A DNA stretch of 55,429 nt from Octopus bimaculoides (GCF_001194135.2 NC_069000.1:4490570-4545998); one strand, 5' to 3'. Positions 12,143 through 24,115 are shown, numbered from the stretch's first letter. Translations and numbers: made by a program. Notes: a model not told the origin generated them from the letters alone.

Positions 12143-12348
12143 TTGATTACATCGATCCCAGTGCTTTTCTGGTACTTTATTTTATCGACCTCCGGAACGA
12201 ATGAAAGGCAGAATTTTCTACGCAGGAATTTGAACTGTGGCCGTAAAGACGGACGAAATACTGCTAAGCATTTCGTCCGTCTTTACGGCCACAGTTCAAA
12301 TTCCTGCGTAGAAAATTCTGCCTTTCATTCGTTTTTCTGGTGTATAAA
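12143..12348. mobile_element. SINE-A-derived foldback with a perfect 64-bp inverted repeat
   Basis: 12196-12259 is the exact reverse complement of 12270-12333, loop actgctaagc; the left part follows minus-strand SINE-A (compare 33630-33755). Confidence 0.9.
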
Positions 12349-12522
12349 CGATCCAGCTGGTTCGCCACTGTTATAGAAATGTCTGTGAAGAAGTTGGTAC
12401 AACAGGGTACATCTGCCATCAGCAGGGACAGCTACGTTGTTAACGCACCCCACCAACATACTCGGTCAGATGCAACATTGAGAATGGAATTCTTGGTGGG
12501 GGTAGCGGTGGTGGTGGTGGTG

Positions 12523-12602
12523 GCAAGCGTCTTCTACTATAGCCTCAAGCCAACCAAATCCTTGTGAGTAGATTTAGTAGGCGTAAACTGAAAGAAGCCC
12601 TT

Positions 12603-12637
<35 letters not shown>

Positions 12638-12875
12638 GCGTGTATGTGTGTGTGTGTCTGTATCTCTGTTCCGCTCCCCCGCTTGACAACAAGTGTTGGT
12701 GTGTTTACGTCCGCATAACTTAGTGGTCCGGCAAAAAGATATCGAAAGAATTAATACCAGGCTTAAGAAAAAAAAAAGTACTGAGCTAGATTCATTCGAC
12801 TTACAATCCTTCGAGGTGGTGCCCCAGCATGGCCGCAGTCTAGTGACGGAAACGAGTAAAAGGCAAAATACATAT
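12523..12875 (+). mobile_element. SINE-B, 5'-truncated, internal (TA)n/(TG)n
   Basis: caagcgtcttctactatagcc...ctgaaagaagccc, microsatellite, gcttgacaac...gtgtttacgtcc...ccagcatggccgcagtc. Confidence 0.85.
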
Positions 12876-12973
12876 GTATATATATTTATACAGACACACA
12901 CATACATATATGTATATGTATATATATGTATGTATATGTATATATATGTATATATGTATATATGTATATGTAT

Positions 12974-13104
12974 CAGAGGTGCAATCTGTGTGGGTGTTTT
13001 TTCAAAACACTGTCTGGTTTAAAAAGCCACATCAGACGCCATGAAAGGGCTAAGGTGTAGGTGCAGGAGGTGGTCAAACTCTGTTTAAGGAGTAGACAAC
13101 CACC
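12974..13104 (+). mobile_element. RTE-clade LINE 3' end encoding a C2H2 finger
   Basis: 12974-13060 reads QRCNLCGCFFKTLSGLKSHIRRHERAKV* (C-x2-C-x12-H-x3-H), then a short UTR ending ggagtagacaaccacc and an (ATATGT) tail; BovB-type RTEs end in such a finger. Confidence 0.65.
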
Positions 13105-13986
13105 ATATGTATATGTATATATATANNNNNNNNNNNNNNNNNNNNNNNNNNNNNNNNNNNNNNNNNNNNNNNNNNNNNNNNNNNNNNNNNNNNNNNNNNN
13201 NNNNNNNNNNNNNNNNNNNNNNNNNNNNNNNNNNNNNNNNNNNNNNNNNNNNNNNNNNNNNNNNNNNNNNNNNNNNNNNNNNNNNNNNNNNNNNNNNNNN
13301 NNNNNNNNNNNNNNNNNNNNNNNNNNNNNNNNNNNNNNNNNNNNNNNNNNNNNNNNNNNNNNNNNNNNNNNNNNNNNNNNNNNNNNNNNNNNNNNNNNNN
13401 NNNNNNNNNNNNNNNNNNNNNNNNNNNNNNNNNNNNNNNNNNNNNNNNNNNNNNNNNNNNNNNNNNNNNNNNNNNNNNNNNNNNNNNNNNNNNNNNNNNN
13501 NNNNNNNNNNNNNNNNNNNNNNNNNNNNNNNNNNNNNNNNNNNNNNNNNNNNNNNNNNNNNNNNNNNNNNNNNNNNNNNNNNNNNNNNNNNNNNNNNNNN
13601 NNNNNNNNNNNNNNNNNNNNNNNNNNNNNNNNNNNNNNNNNNNNNNNNNNNNNNNNNNNNNNNNNNNNNNNNNNNNNNNNNNNNNNNNNNNNNNNNNNNN
13701 NNNNNNNNNNNNNNNNNNNNNNNNNNNNNNNNNNNNNNNNNNNNNNNNNNNNNNNNNNNNNNNNNNNNNNNNNNNNNNNNNNNNNNNNNNNNNNNNNNNN
13801 NNNNNNNNNNNNNNNNNNNNNNNNNNNNNNNNNNNNNNNNNNNNNNNNNNNNNNNNNNNNNNNNNNNNNNNNNNNNNNNNNNNNNNNNNNNNNNNNNNNN
13901 NNNNNNNNNNNNNNNNNNNNNNNNNNNNNNNNNNNNNNNNNNNNNNNNNNNNNNNNNNNNNNNNNNNNNNNNNNNNNNNNNNNNNN

Positions 13987-14025
<39 letters not shown>

Positions 14026-14317
14026 ATGTACATATACATATGTGTATATATATATTTATATGTATATGTAAATATATATATGTGTGTGCGTGTGTGTGTG
14101 CGTATGCATAGAAATGAAAATGTCAAAATATGAAGATTAGCAAATATGTATTTCATGTGCTAAACGTTTAAAATGCGTGTGAATACATACATATATATGC
14201 GTGTGTGTATGTGTGTGTGTGTATGTGTGTGTGATTGTGCCCGCGCGTGTGAGTATGTATGTATTTATACATTTATATATGTCTATATATGTACCTATAC
14301 ATCTAAGTATATATATA

Positions 14318-14404
<87 letters not shown>

Positions 14405-14896
14405 ATATGCATATACATATACATATACATATATACACCTGAACATTAATATGTAATTTTGGATGGAGATATTATAGCGATTTCTTTGGTAAACTTAATG
14501 GAGAATAGATACAAAAGAATAAAAAAAACGCAAGCTAAGACATACGTTGTTTTCTGATGCTTGTAACTAATCGAATAAATATGTTCTGGTATAGCCGCCA
14601 TTGTTGTACATATTTTTATGATATAAAGGAAACCACGAAATTTCAAGCGCAGACAAAAATACGACCATGTCTGATGGCAATAAAATATAATAACTTACGT
14701 AGAATTTTATAGACATATACTGATAATTTTGAATGCCTGTTATTACTATATTTAAATAATAAATGAAATATTTATTTACGTTCATTACGGTTTTAGCTTT
14801 TAATGTAAAGGTACGGATTTGATTCATTACCTAAATATCTGGAAAAAGTGAAGCTTATTTCTGTAATCGAGATAAATTATGACATGCATATATACA

Positions 14897-15070
14897 GGCG
14901 TCGATGTAGCTTCGTGGAAAGAAGTCTGCTTCCAAACCACATGGTTCTTGGTTCAATCCTACAGCGTGACAATTTCGGCAAGCGTATTCAACTATAGACT
15001 GGGCCCGACCAAAGCTTTGTGAGCTTGTAAGTGGATTTGGTAGACGGAAACTGAAAGAAACCCATTGTGT
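14897..15070 (+). mobile_element. SINE-B 5' half
   Basis: gcttccaaaccacatggttcttggttcaatcc...ggcaagcgtattc...gtggatttggtagacggaaactgaaagaa, ending in (TA)n. Confidence 0.85.
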
Positions 15071-16804
15071 ATATATATATATATATACAAGACGACGAAC
15101 TCTCGGGATGTTGTTAAACCATTTATATCTTGAATTGTTCAACATATGTTTGGACAGATGCACTCCAAAATGTCCGACAGGATAAATTATTATAGTCAGC
15201 AATGCATCAATCTCATCATATATCTGTACATATGTATATTTGTATGTGTGTGTGTGTGCGTGTGCGTGTGCATGTGGTTATGTTTGTATGTATGAGGCAG
15301 ACAACCAGAAATCATTTTGAAACTAAACTATATTTGTTTAGTATCCTGTTGTAAACAACGTACGTTCAATTTATATTCTGCTGTAATAAAGGCCACTTAC
15401 GTGAGTAAAAAAAATGTCTTTCTTTACAACGTTTAATCATTTTTCTTAGAATATAAATACTGCGAAATACCACAAATAACCATGCTGTTAGCAGGAGAAG
15501 TTAATCGAGGTTAGAAAAAAAAATAATGAAAGAATACTAACTATTACACTCAATTACTATAATAAAGTCGGTTTTATTTAATTTCCGTGCGTAATATTTA
15601 CCGCTAAAACTAAACTATTTATTTTACATTTCTGTAAATAGTTCAATGACATTGTTTGTCTTTATTATTTTCGGAGTCCGTTAAAATTTTATTTTTACAC
15701 ATACATACATACATACATACATACATACATACATACATACATACATACATACACACACACATACATACACAAGTACATACATATGTATGTGCGTATGTCA
15801 GTGTGTGTATGTATGTATATATATATANNNNNNNNNNNNNNNNNNNNNNNNNNNNNNNNNNNNNNNNNNNNNNNNNNNNNNNNNNNNNNNNNNNNNNNNN
15901 NNNNNNNNNNNNNNNNNNNNNNNNNNNNNNNNNNNNNNNNNNNNNNNNNNNNNNNNNNNNNNNNNNNNNNNNNNNNNNNNNNNNNNNNNNNNNNNNNNNN
16001 NNNNNNNNNNNNNNNNNNNNNNNNNNNNNNNNNNNNNNNNNNNNNNNNNNNNNNNNNNNNNNNNNNNNNNNNNNNNNNNNNNNNNNNNNNNNNNNNNNNN
16101 NNNNNNNNNNNNNNNNNNNNNNNNNNNNNNNNNNNNNNNNNNNNNNNNNNNNNNNNNNNNNNNNNNNNNNNNNNNNNNNNNNNNNNNNNNNNNNNNNNNN
16201 NNNNNNNNNNNNNNNNNNNNNNNNNNNNNNNNNNNNNNNNNNNNNNNNNNNNNNNNNNNNNNNNNNNNNNNNNNNNNNNNNNNNNNNNNNNNNNNNNNNN
16301 NNNNNNNNNNNNNNNNNNNNNNNNNNNNNNNNNNNNNNNNNNNNNNNNNNNNNNNNNNNNNNNNNNNNNNNNNNNNNNNNNNNNNNNNNNNNNNNNNNNN
16401 NNNNNNNNNNNNNNNNNNNNNNNNNNNNNNNNNNNNNNNNNNNNNNNNNNNNNNNNNNNNNNNNNNNNNNNNNNNNNNNNNNNNNNNNNNNNNNNNNNNN
16501 NNNNNNNNNNNNNNNNNNNNNNNNNNNNNNNNNNNNNNNNNNNNNNNNNNNNNNNNNNNNNNNNNNNNNNNNNNNNNNNNNNNNNNNNNNNNNNNNNNNN
16601 NNNNNNNNNNNNNNNNNNNNNNNNNNNNNNNNNNNNNNNNNNNNNNNNNNNNNNNNNNNNNNNNNNNNNNNNNNNNNNNNNNNNNNNNNNNNNNNNNNNN
16701 NNNNNNNNNNNNNNNNNNNNNNNNNNNNNNNNNNNNNNNNNNNNNNNNNNNNNNNNNNNNNNNNNNNNNNNNNNNNNNNNNNNNNNNNNNNNNNNNNNNN
16801 NNNN

Positions 16805-16857
<53 letters not shown>

Positions 16858-17195
16858 ATGTATGTATGTATGTATATACATATAGAAACATTTAATCCAT
16901 TATTTCATTATTTCGAGAAAATACATCTTAGAAAATATTGTAGTGACAAACGCATTTATCGCTGAAGCCGGAAGCAAGTCGTCTTTGGTTGTTGATATAT
17001 CAAACGAAAGCGCTGGATCTCTCAACAATAATCTCCTTCACAGAACTGCCTTCGGTTACGAAACATAGTAACGTAATTTGAAGTGGATTGAAACAGTATA
17101 CATACTATGAGTATGAGTATATATACGTGCATGTATGCGTGTATGTATATACCTGTATGCACATACGCGTATATATATATGTACTGAATATAAGT

Positions 17196-17271
<76 letters not shown>

Positions 17272-18384
17272 TGATATATATAGTGAGTATATGTATATCA
17301 TATAATATGTATATACGTACATACACATACATATATGTATGTAATGAATGTATAAATATATACGCAAATAAACATGAAGATAGTTATTTTTGTATGTATG
17401 TATGTGTGTCTGTGTGCGTGCGTGTATAGATGCATGTTCGCACTCACACGTGCATCCACACATATACTTAAGTATAGATAAGATACCCACATATATACAT
17501 ATATATATATACGTACATGCGTGCGTGTTTGTGTGTATATGTCTTTGTATGTCTTGTACTTATGTATACACACTTCTGGGGATTATCTGCTTATTTCTAT
17601 TATCATTATTTAGTAATAAAGCAATACCTGTACTGAAATATCTACAATAAGTTTATGTAGAAACATATATATCTGTGGGGAATTCTTAACAGAACGTTTG
17701 AATATAAATTGAAATCATCAGAAACGTGTTAAAGAAAATTGAATGTTGCGACTTTTCCCAAGAAACTCTTACATATTGGATTGATGTAACGTTTAAGGAG
17801 AGAAAACCTTGTCTCCATTTAGCCTGTGGTGCTCTGTCTTCCAAAATTTCTCAGTTATATGTACAGGAAATCATATTATTCGGTGCTTTTGTGAATTATC
17901 TCTCTGTCCCTGTTTCTGCGTCCTTTTGTCGGTTATCTCTTTTCCGAGCCTTTGTCTGTCTTTATATGCCTGCCTGTCTGTTTGTCCGTCTTTCTGTCTG
18001 TCATTTTGTCTGTCTGTGTTTGTGTGTGTGTGTGTCTCTCTCTCTTTCTCTCTTTTTATCTCTATCTCTCTTTTTATCTCTATCTCTCTTTTTATCTCTA
18101 TCTCTCTGTCTCTTTCTCTCTCTTCTCTTCGATCACGATTGGAACATATTGACTGTTTTCGAAATTAATGAAAAAATTGTACTGGAAAAAATAAAAAGAA
18201 CCAAAAACAAAAAGACTGTTTCCGTTGGTGCCGAGTTCTTCAAAGTCTGATTGAAAGGTGCTTCATTACTGACCGCGCCATCTTATTTTCTAACAAACCT
18301 TCCCGGGTCTATACTCTCATGAGTGTTCTTTTTTTTCTTCATACTGTGATCTGTGGAAGGCATTCTTTTGTTGTTTTTGTTGTT

Positions 18385-18460
18385 ATTGTTTAGCCTTGTC
18401 TCATTCTTGATTGAGCGGAGCTATGCTAAAAGGCCTTCCAGCCGTGGCTAACACGTAATT
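18385..18460 (-). mobile_element. 3' end of an unclassified retroposon with a (CAA)n tail
   Basis: Reverse complement cacggctggaaggccttttagcatagctccgctcaatcaag...ggctaaacaa matches 24195-24245 and 39150-39210. Confidence 0.55.
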
Positions 18461-18612
18461 GAGAAAGATGTATTCTGAAAAAAAAAAAATGAAGCATAAA
18501 ATACGAATTGAAGAATTCTTGTTTTTGTTGGTGTTTAGCTCTTCAATATCTGATTGGAAGACGCGCCAGTGATGACCATTCCATCTCTCACTCACTAATA
18601 ATAATAATAATA

Positions 18613-18824
18613 ATGGTTTCAAATTTTGGTACATGGCCAGCAATATCAGGGGAGGGGTAAGTCAATTACACTGAGCTACTTCTCAACTGGTACTTATTTT
18701 ATCGACTCCGAAAGGATGAAAGACAAAGTCGAGCTGGGCGGAATTTGAACTCAGAACGTAAAGGCGTACGAAACACCTCTAAGCATTACGCCCGCCGTGC
18801 TAACGATTCTACCAGCTCGCCCCC
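18613..18824 (-). mobile_element. SINE-A full length (tail type B)
   Basis: Minus strand: ggcgagctggtagaatcgttagcac (A box)...gagttcaaattcc (B box)...ctttgtctttcatcctttcggagtcgataaaataagtaccag...gccatgtaccaaaatttgaaacc(att)n. Confidence 0.9.
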
Positions 18825-18825
18825 T

Positions 18826-19020
<195 letters not shown>

Positions 19021-19710
19021 ATCCACTAACGACTCATCAAGTCTGATTACATTAAACAGACGATGCATTCAGATCTATTTTACAATTCAAATTATTTTTC
19101 TCCCTTTCAATTCATTTATACTAAATAAAAGAATTACAGAAAATTATAAAGTATAATCTCAGAAGGCAGAGAATAAAGGGTTTATGCTCGAGGGTCCATG
19201 ACCAAGGGCAAAAAAATAATTAGCGCTGTTCTTGTATACTGTCGCTGATGCATGGTTTAGTGTAATTAAACCGCCATCTTGTTTGATAGATAGGAACTCT
19301 AAGTGAAAGGAATGAGGAAGAGCGAGAGGGAGAGGGAAAGAGAGAGAGGGAAAAGAGAGAGAAAGAGAGAGAGAGAGGGAAGAATGAAAATATCTTAGAG
19401 ATTGATAGTTGAATATTTGGATACAGCAAACATTTGATCGTTGGAAAACTTCAGAATGTACACACACCCACATACATGTATGTGTGCGTGCGAGCATGTG
19501 CAAATATGTGCGTATGTGTGCGTGCGTGCGTGTGTGTGTATACGCATACGTGTGTGCGCATACGTGTGTGCACGTGTACGTGTGCATGTATATGTATTTA
19601 TGTATGTGTGTGTATATATATACATATATATATATAATTACACACACACAATCACATATATACATATATAAATATATATATATATATTACACACATGCAC
19701 ACACAAACCC

Positions 19711-19764
<54 letters not shown>

Positions 19765-20201
19765 TACATATTTATATATTTATATGTTAGTTAATTAAAC
19801 ACTGGATTTTCGCAATATTTTAGTTTTGTATTTGTACAATTATTTCGTTGTTTTTGAACCTAACATCACATTAGATTATTTTTTATCCATAAAATCTGAC
19901 GGATACAAATATGTAAGTAAATATTTATGTAACAGCCATATCTAGGAGGATAATTATAAAGGTTGTTTATATTTGTCTAAATCTAGCAATCTATATTTAT
20001 TTATATATCTGAAACAACAGAACAAACCCAATCGTTTTTATTACGAGTTGAGTCATGTGTTTCAAAGAATGGTTTACATACAAAACGAGGGGGAAACAAG
20101 ACACATGACTCACAATTGAAAAGATAGCTACCTCTTAAAAATGAGTGGATACGATTTGGAAAACGTAGATAATTTCTTAAACTTGGCTTCATGGATTCAT
20201 A

Positions 20202-20412
20202 CGAAAGGGTGTTGAAAAGTTCCTCGCTTTAAGAGTACCGCGAAAGGCCTGGGTGGAGGCACAGCGTTCCTAGATTTTTTAGAGGGCTTGCAAAAACTGA
20301 AGGACCGTTGCAACAAGTGTGCGAATCTGAGAGTGGAATATGTTGAATGGAATTATAATTAACTGATTCTCCTGGCTTTACTCAAGGCCAGGAAGGCTTC
20401 AACACTCTCTCA
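20202..20412 (+). mobile_element. Tc1/mariner-derived non-autonomous element (MITE)
   Basis: TA at both ends (20200-01, 20413-14); imperfect ~30-bp TIRs (cgaaagggtgttgaaaagttcctcgc vs reverse complement tgagagagtgttgaagccttcctggc); 20282-20349 reads EGLQKLKDRCNKCANLRVEYVE, like a mariner transposase C-terminus. Confidence 0.8.
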
Positions 20413-20433
20413 TATATATATAAAAATATTAAT

Positions 20434-20640
20434 GCGGTGAGCTGGCAGAATCGTTAGCACGCCGGGCGAGATGCTTAACGGTATTTAGTCTGTCTTTACG
20501 TTCTGAGTTCAAATTCCACCGAGGCCGACTTTGCCTTTCATCCTTTCGGGGTTGATAAAGTAAGTACCAGTTGCATACTGGGGTCGAACTAATCGACTGC
20601 CCCCCACCAAATTTCAGGCCTTTTGTCTAGAGTACAAAAG
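20434..20640 (+). mobile_element. SINE-A full length (tail type C)
   Basis: gcggtgagctggcagaatcgttagcac...gagttcaaattcc...gactttgcctttcatcctttcggggttgataaag...aaatttcaggccttttgtctagagtacaaaag. Confidence 0.9.
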
Positions 20641-20770
20641 TATATATATATATACTTTTGTACTCTATATATACTTTTGTACTCTATATATACTTTTNNN
20701 NNNNNNNNNNNNNNNNNNNNNNNNNNNNNNNNNNNNNNNNNNNNNNNNNNNNNNNNNNNNNNATATATAT

Positions 20771-21130
20771 ATGAAAATGAAAGAAAAAGAGGATATCTAT
20801 AGACAACTGCTTCGAAATCACCAGCTTCTATATTCAGACTATGAATTCATATTCATACCAATAGTAATTGGAGCACTAGGTTTTGTTAGAAATTGGTTAA
20901 GGGAGAATCTGGATAAACTGAGATTTTCAGAAAGAGAAATCGACCGCCGGCTAATTCGTACATTACAAGTGCAAACTGTGAGTGGAACAATAAAAATATG
21001 CAAGACTTTTCTCAAGTTCCAAATGTGAATTTGTCTGTGCTAACTACATCCCAAAGATGGAGCCGTGTCTCCTGGTTGGAAACCGACTCCCACCTCAGTG
21101 GAAAATTTATAATAATTAAATAATAGAAGA
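20771..21130 (+). mobile_element. R4/Dong-like lineage T 3' end (copy c), endonuclease C-terminus plus 3' UTR
   Basis: KEKEDIYRQLLRNHQLLYSDYEFIFIPIVIGALGFV...SGTIKICKTFLKFQM*; PIVIGALG is the hallmark C-terminal RLE motif of R4/Dong elements; followed by (TACA)n 21134-21168. Confidence 0.85.
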
Positions 21131-21170
21131 GATATACATACATACATACATACATACAAACATACATATG

Positions 21171-21378
21171 AAAGCTTGGATTTTCATAAAACGAAATCAA
21201 CTGATTCGCACTTTACAATACAAATAAGCGGAACTGTAAAAATATGCAAGACTTTTCTTAAGTTTAAAATACGACATTGTTTTCGTTATCTACATTCCAA
21301 AGATGGAGCTCTGTATCTTTGTTAGAAACCAGCTCCTTCTTCAGAGGAAGATTTTAAAAGATTAAATACAGAATAGAC
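21171..21378 (+). mobile_element. R4/Dong-like lineage T 3' end (copy d)
   Basis: KLGFS*NEIN..LIRTLQ..ISGTVKICKTFLKFKI, then ccaaagatggagctctgtatctttgttagaaacc; starts immediately after the (TACA)n array. Confidence 0.85.
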
Positions 21379-22129
21379 ATATGTACACTTGCAAAACGAC
21401 ACATGTTTATATATGTAAATATATGCATATATTAACTTGTGTGTGTGTTTCTGTGTTTGTGTGTTCCTGTATAACATTGCTGTTAATAATGACAATAAAT
21501 ACATATATTAATTTTATTGGATTGTTTTGATAAAAATTACAAGAAAAAAATAAAACAAAAATATTTAAGATATAGAAAAGTATGTTTCTTTTTAAATTCA
21601 GATATTTACATATTGTAATTAACTTGGCAAAGAACACTCTTGGAAAAGGAAAGAATATAAACGAAACACTTTCTTTTCACCTTAATATTTGTTTTAATGT
21701 CTTAGAAAGTGAAAATTTACTCAAATGCTTAATAAATATCAAATAAGCTTAAATGTATACGAAGAAATGTGTAACAGAACGATATAACAGAGCCTGTCAA
21801 GAAGGAACAGCTATAGCAACTGGATGGGAATCAAGAACGGGTGGATCTCGGAGAGGCGTTATTTAAATTGCCGCAACGGATTTAAATTTAGCAGATTTGT
21901 GGCTAAATACATACACACACACACACGCTCAGGCAAACAGACTGACAGACAGATACACACACACACACACAAACACACAAACACACACATCCATGTGAAA
22001 ATAGGAAGGGTATCCCTAGTTTTGTTGTTCTAGTCACATTATTGGGAAAGAAATTGTTGTGGTCGTGGTTGGAAAGTTTTTGGTCATGTGTGCATGATTG
22101 GGGGTGATCTACGACTGAAAAACACCATT

Positions 22130-22150
22130 ATCACTATCATAATCATCACA

Positions 22151-22197
<47 letters not shown>

Positions 22198-22301
22198 TGT
22201 TCACGATGACCTTCATCACTGTCATCACCATCCTCCTCATCATCATTGCCATCATCGTCATTATTGTCATTATCATCATCACACTACCATCACCATCATC
22301 G

Positions 22302-22338
<37 letters not shown>

Positions 22339-22560
22339 TGTTCACGATGACCTTCACCACTGTCATCACCATCCTCATCATCATGATCATTGCCATCATC
22401 ACCATCATCGTCATCATCATCACAATCACGACGACGGTGACCAACTTCATCACCACTGCAACCATCACCACCACCACCGCCATCACTGCCACAGTCATCA
22501 CCACCACCACCACCACCACCTCCACCACAATCACCACTATCCTCTTCGCCACCAACATAT
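22130..22560. repeat. Degenerate (CAT)/(CAC) array with a 141-bp internal duplication
   Basis: ccatgttcacgatgaccttca at 22195 and 22336. Confidence 0.9.
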
Positions 22561-23571
22561 CTCGGAGTGTCACCATATTTCAAGGATGGAAAGTTTGGCA
22601 ACATTTCACTGAATTCTTCAACGGTTTTGGCTGTTTTTGATGTTTATTGAGTTGACAGAACCAGTAGGTTAATTGAAAGAGAATTTCAATGGAGAGACAC
22701 TGGGATGCTGGTGTGTAGCCCTGGAAACTGGAAATTCTTCATAGATACACACAAACACGCACACACGCACACACGCAAACACGCACACACAAACACACAC
22801 ACTGTTATTTATATATATATATATATGTAGAATTCGTGAAAATGTTGATTATATATATATACATACAAACATACATATGTAAATAATATATATACATATA
22901 TATATATACATATGTGTGTGTGCGTAACTGTCATGAAAAAGTAATTCACTATACAAACACACACACACGCACACTGACTCACTACTGTAGCCGCACATGC
23001 AGTAGGCTGATACCCATACGCAGACACTGTCTGTTAATAAATTACTCCGAGGTGTTATGTCACAAAGATGTTGCTTTGAGCTATTTTGCTTCCTGTCTTT
23101 TTTTTTTCTTTTCCTAAACCCGATCTCTCAGTTTTCCAATATTCTATCAACTTACCTGACTTCTTTTCCATTTTCCTCACCACATAATTATATCTAGTTA
23201 ACTTTTTATTTATTTACTTTTTCGCTACTGTACCTTGCCTTAAATGTGTTAACAGTAACTAAATTATTATCTTTCATATGGACGCCGTCTCTGAGTTTTA
23301 TATATGCTTTTCCAAACAATTCTAGCTTTCTAAATCAATCTGTTTAGAATTTGGTACTGCTTGTTAGCAATTCTCTCAACACTACTTTAGCAAATACAAA
23401 TATATTCATTGCTGAAGAGGTTATAATAAAAGAGGAATTGGTTGGAGTGATCTCCCCTACTATGTGAAATAAATGGAAATGATATCTTACTGTTTCGTAA
23501 TCTGCATACCTGTCTATCCTTATCGATTTATTTATCGATTTATCTACCTACCAACCTACCTATCTACCTCG

Positions 23572-23645
<74 letters not shown>

Positions 23646-23647
<2 letters not shown>

Positions 23648-24115
23648 ATTTGACTGTGGCCATGCTGGTGCTCCACCTTCAAGGGTTTTGTCGAAAAAAT
23701 AAATCAACCCCGCTTAATTTTTTTAAACTCGGTATTTAATCTGTCGGTGTTTTTTTGCCCAATCGCTACGTTACTGGGACGTAAACACACCAACACCAAC
23801 TGTCAAGCAGTAAAGGGAGACAACCACACACACACACAATGACATACACACATACAAAGACACACAAAGACACACACACACACAAAGCCACACATACACA
23901 CACAAACATACACATATACACAGATACTCACCCCCCCCCCAACATATGACGCGCTTGCTTCGGTTTCCCCTTCAACGAAATTGTATTCACAATACTTCTG
24001 ACGGCTCGAAGGCTATAATAGTAGACACTAGCCCCTGGGTGCCACGCGGAAGGACTGAACCTGGAATCATGCGGTTGGAAAGCAAACTTCTTACCACAGA
24101 GTCACGCTGGCGCTT
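23646..24115 (-). mobile_element. SINE-B near full length, diverged, internal (CA)n
   Basis: tcatttgactgtggccatgctgg (tail) through gggtgccacgcggaaggactgaacctggaatcatgcggttggaaagcaaacttcttaccac (head). Confidence 0.85.

Noticed and set aside
17726-18250. 174-aa ORF
   Set aside because: The second half is CT/GT repeat; the first half has no recognisable motif or splice context.
22088-22640. Poly-His/Ile/Ser/Asp ORFs here and at 25387-25800, 51126-53884
   Set aside because: Triplet microsatellites open in several frames and on both strands at once.
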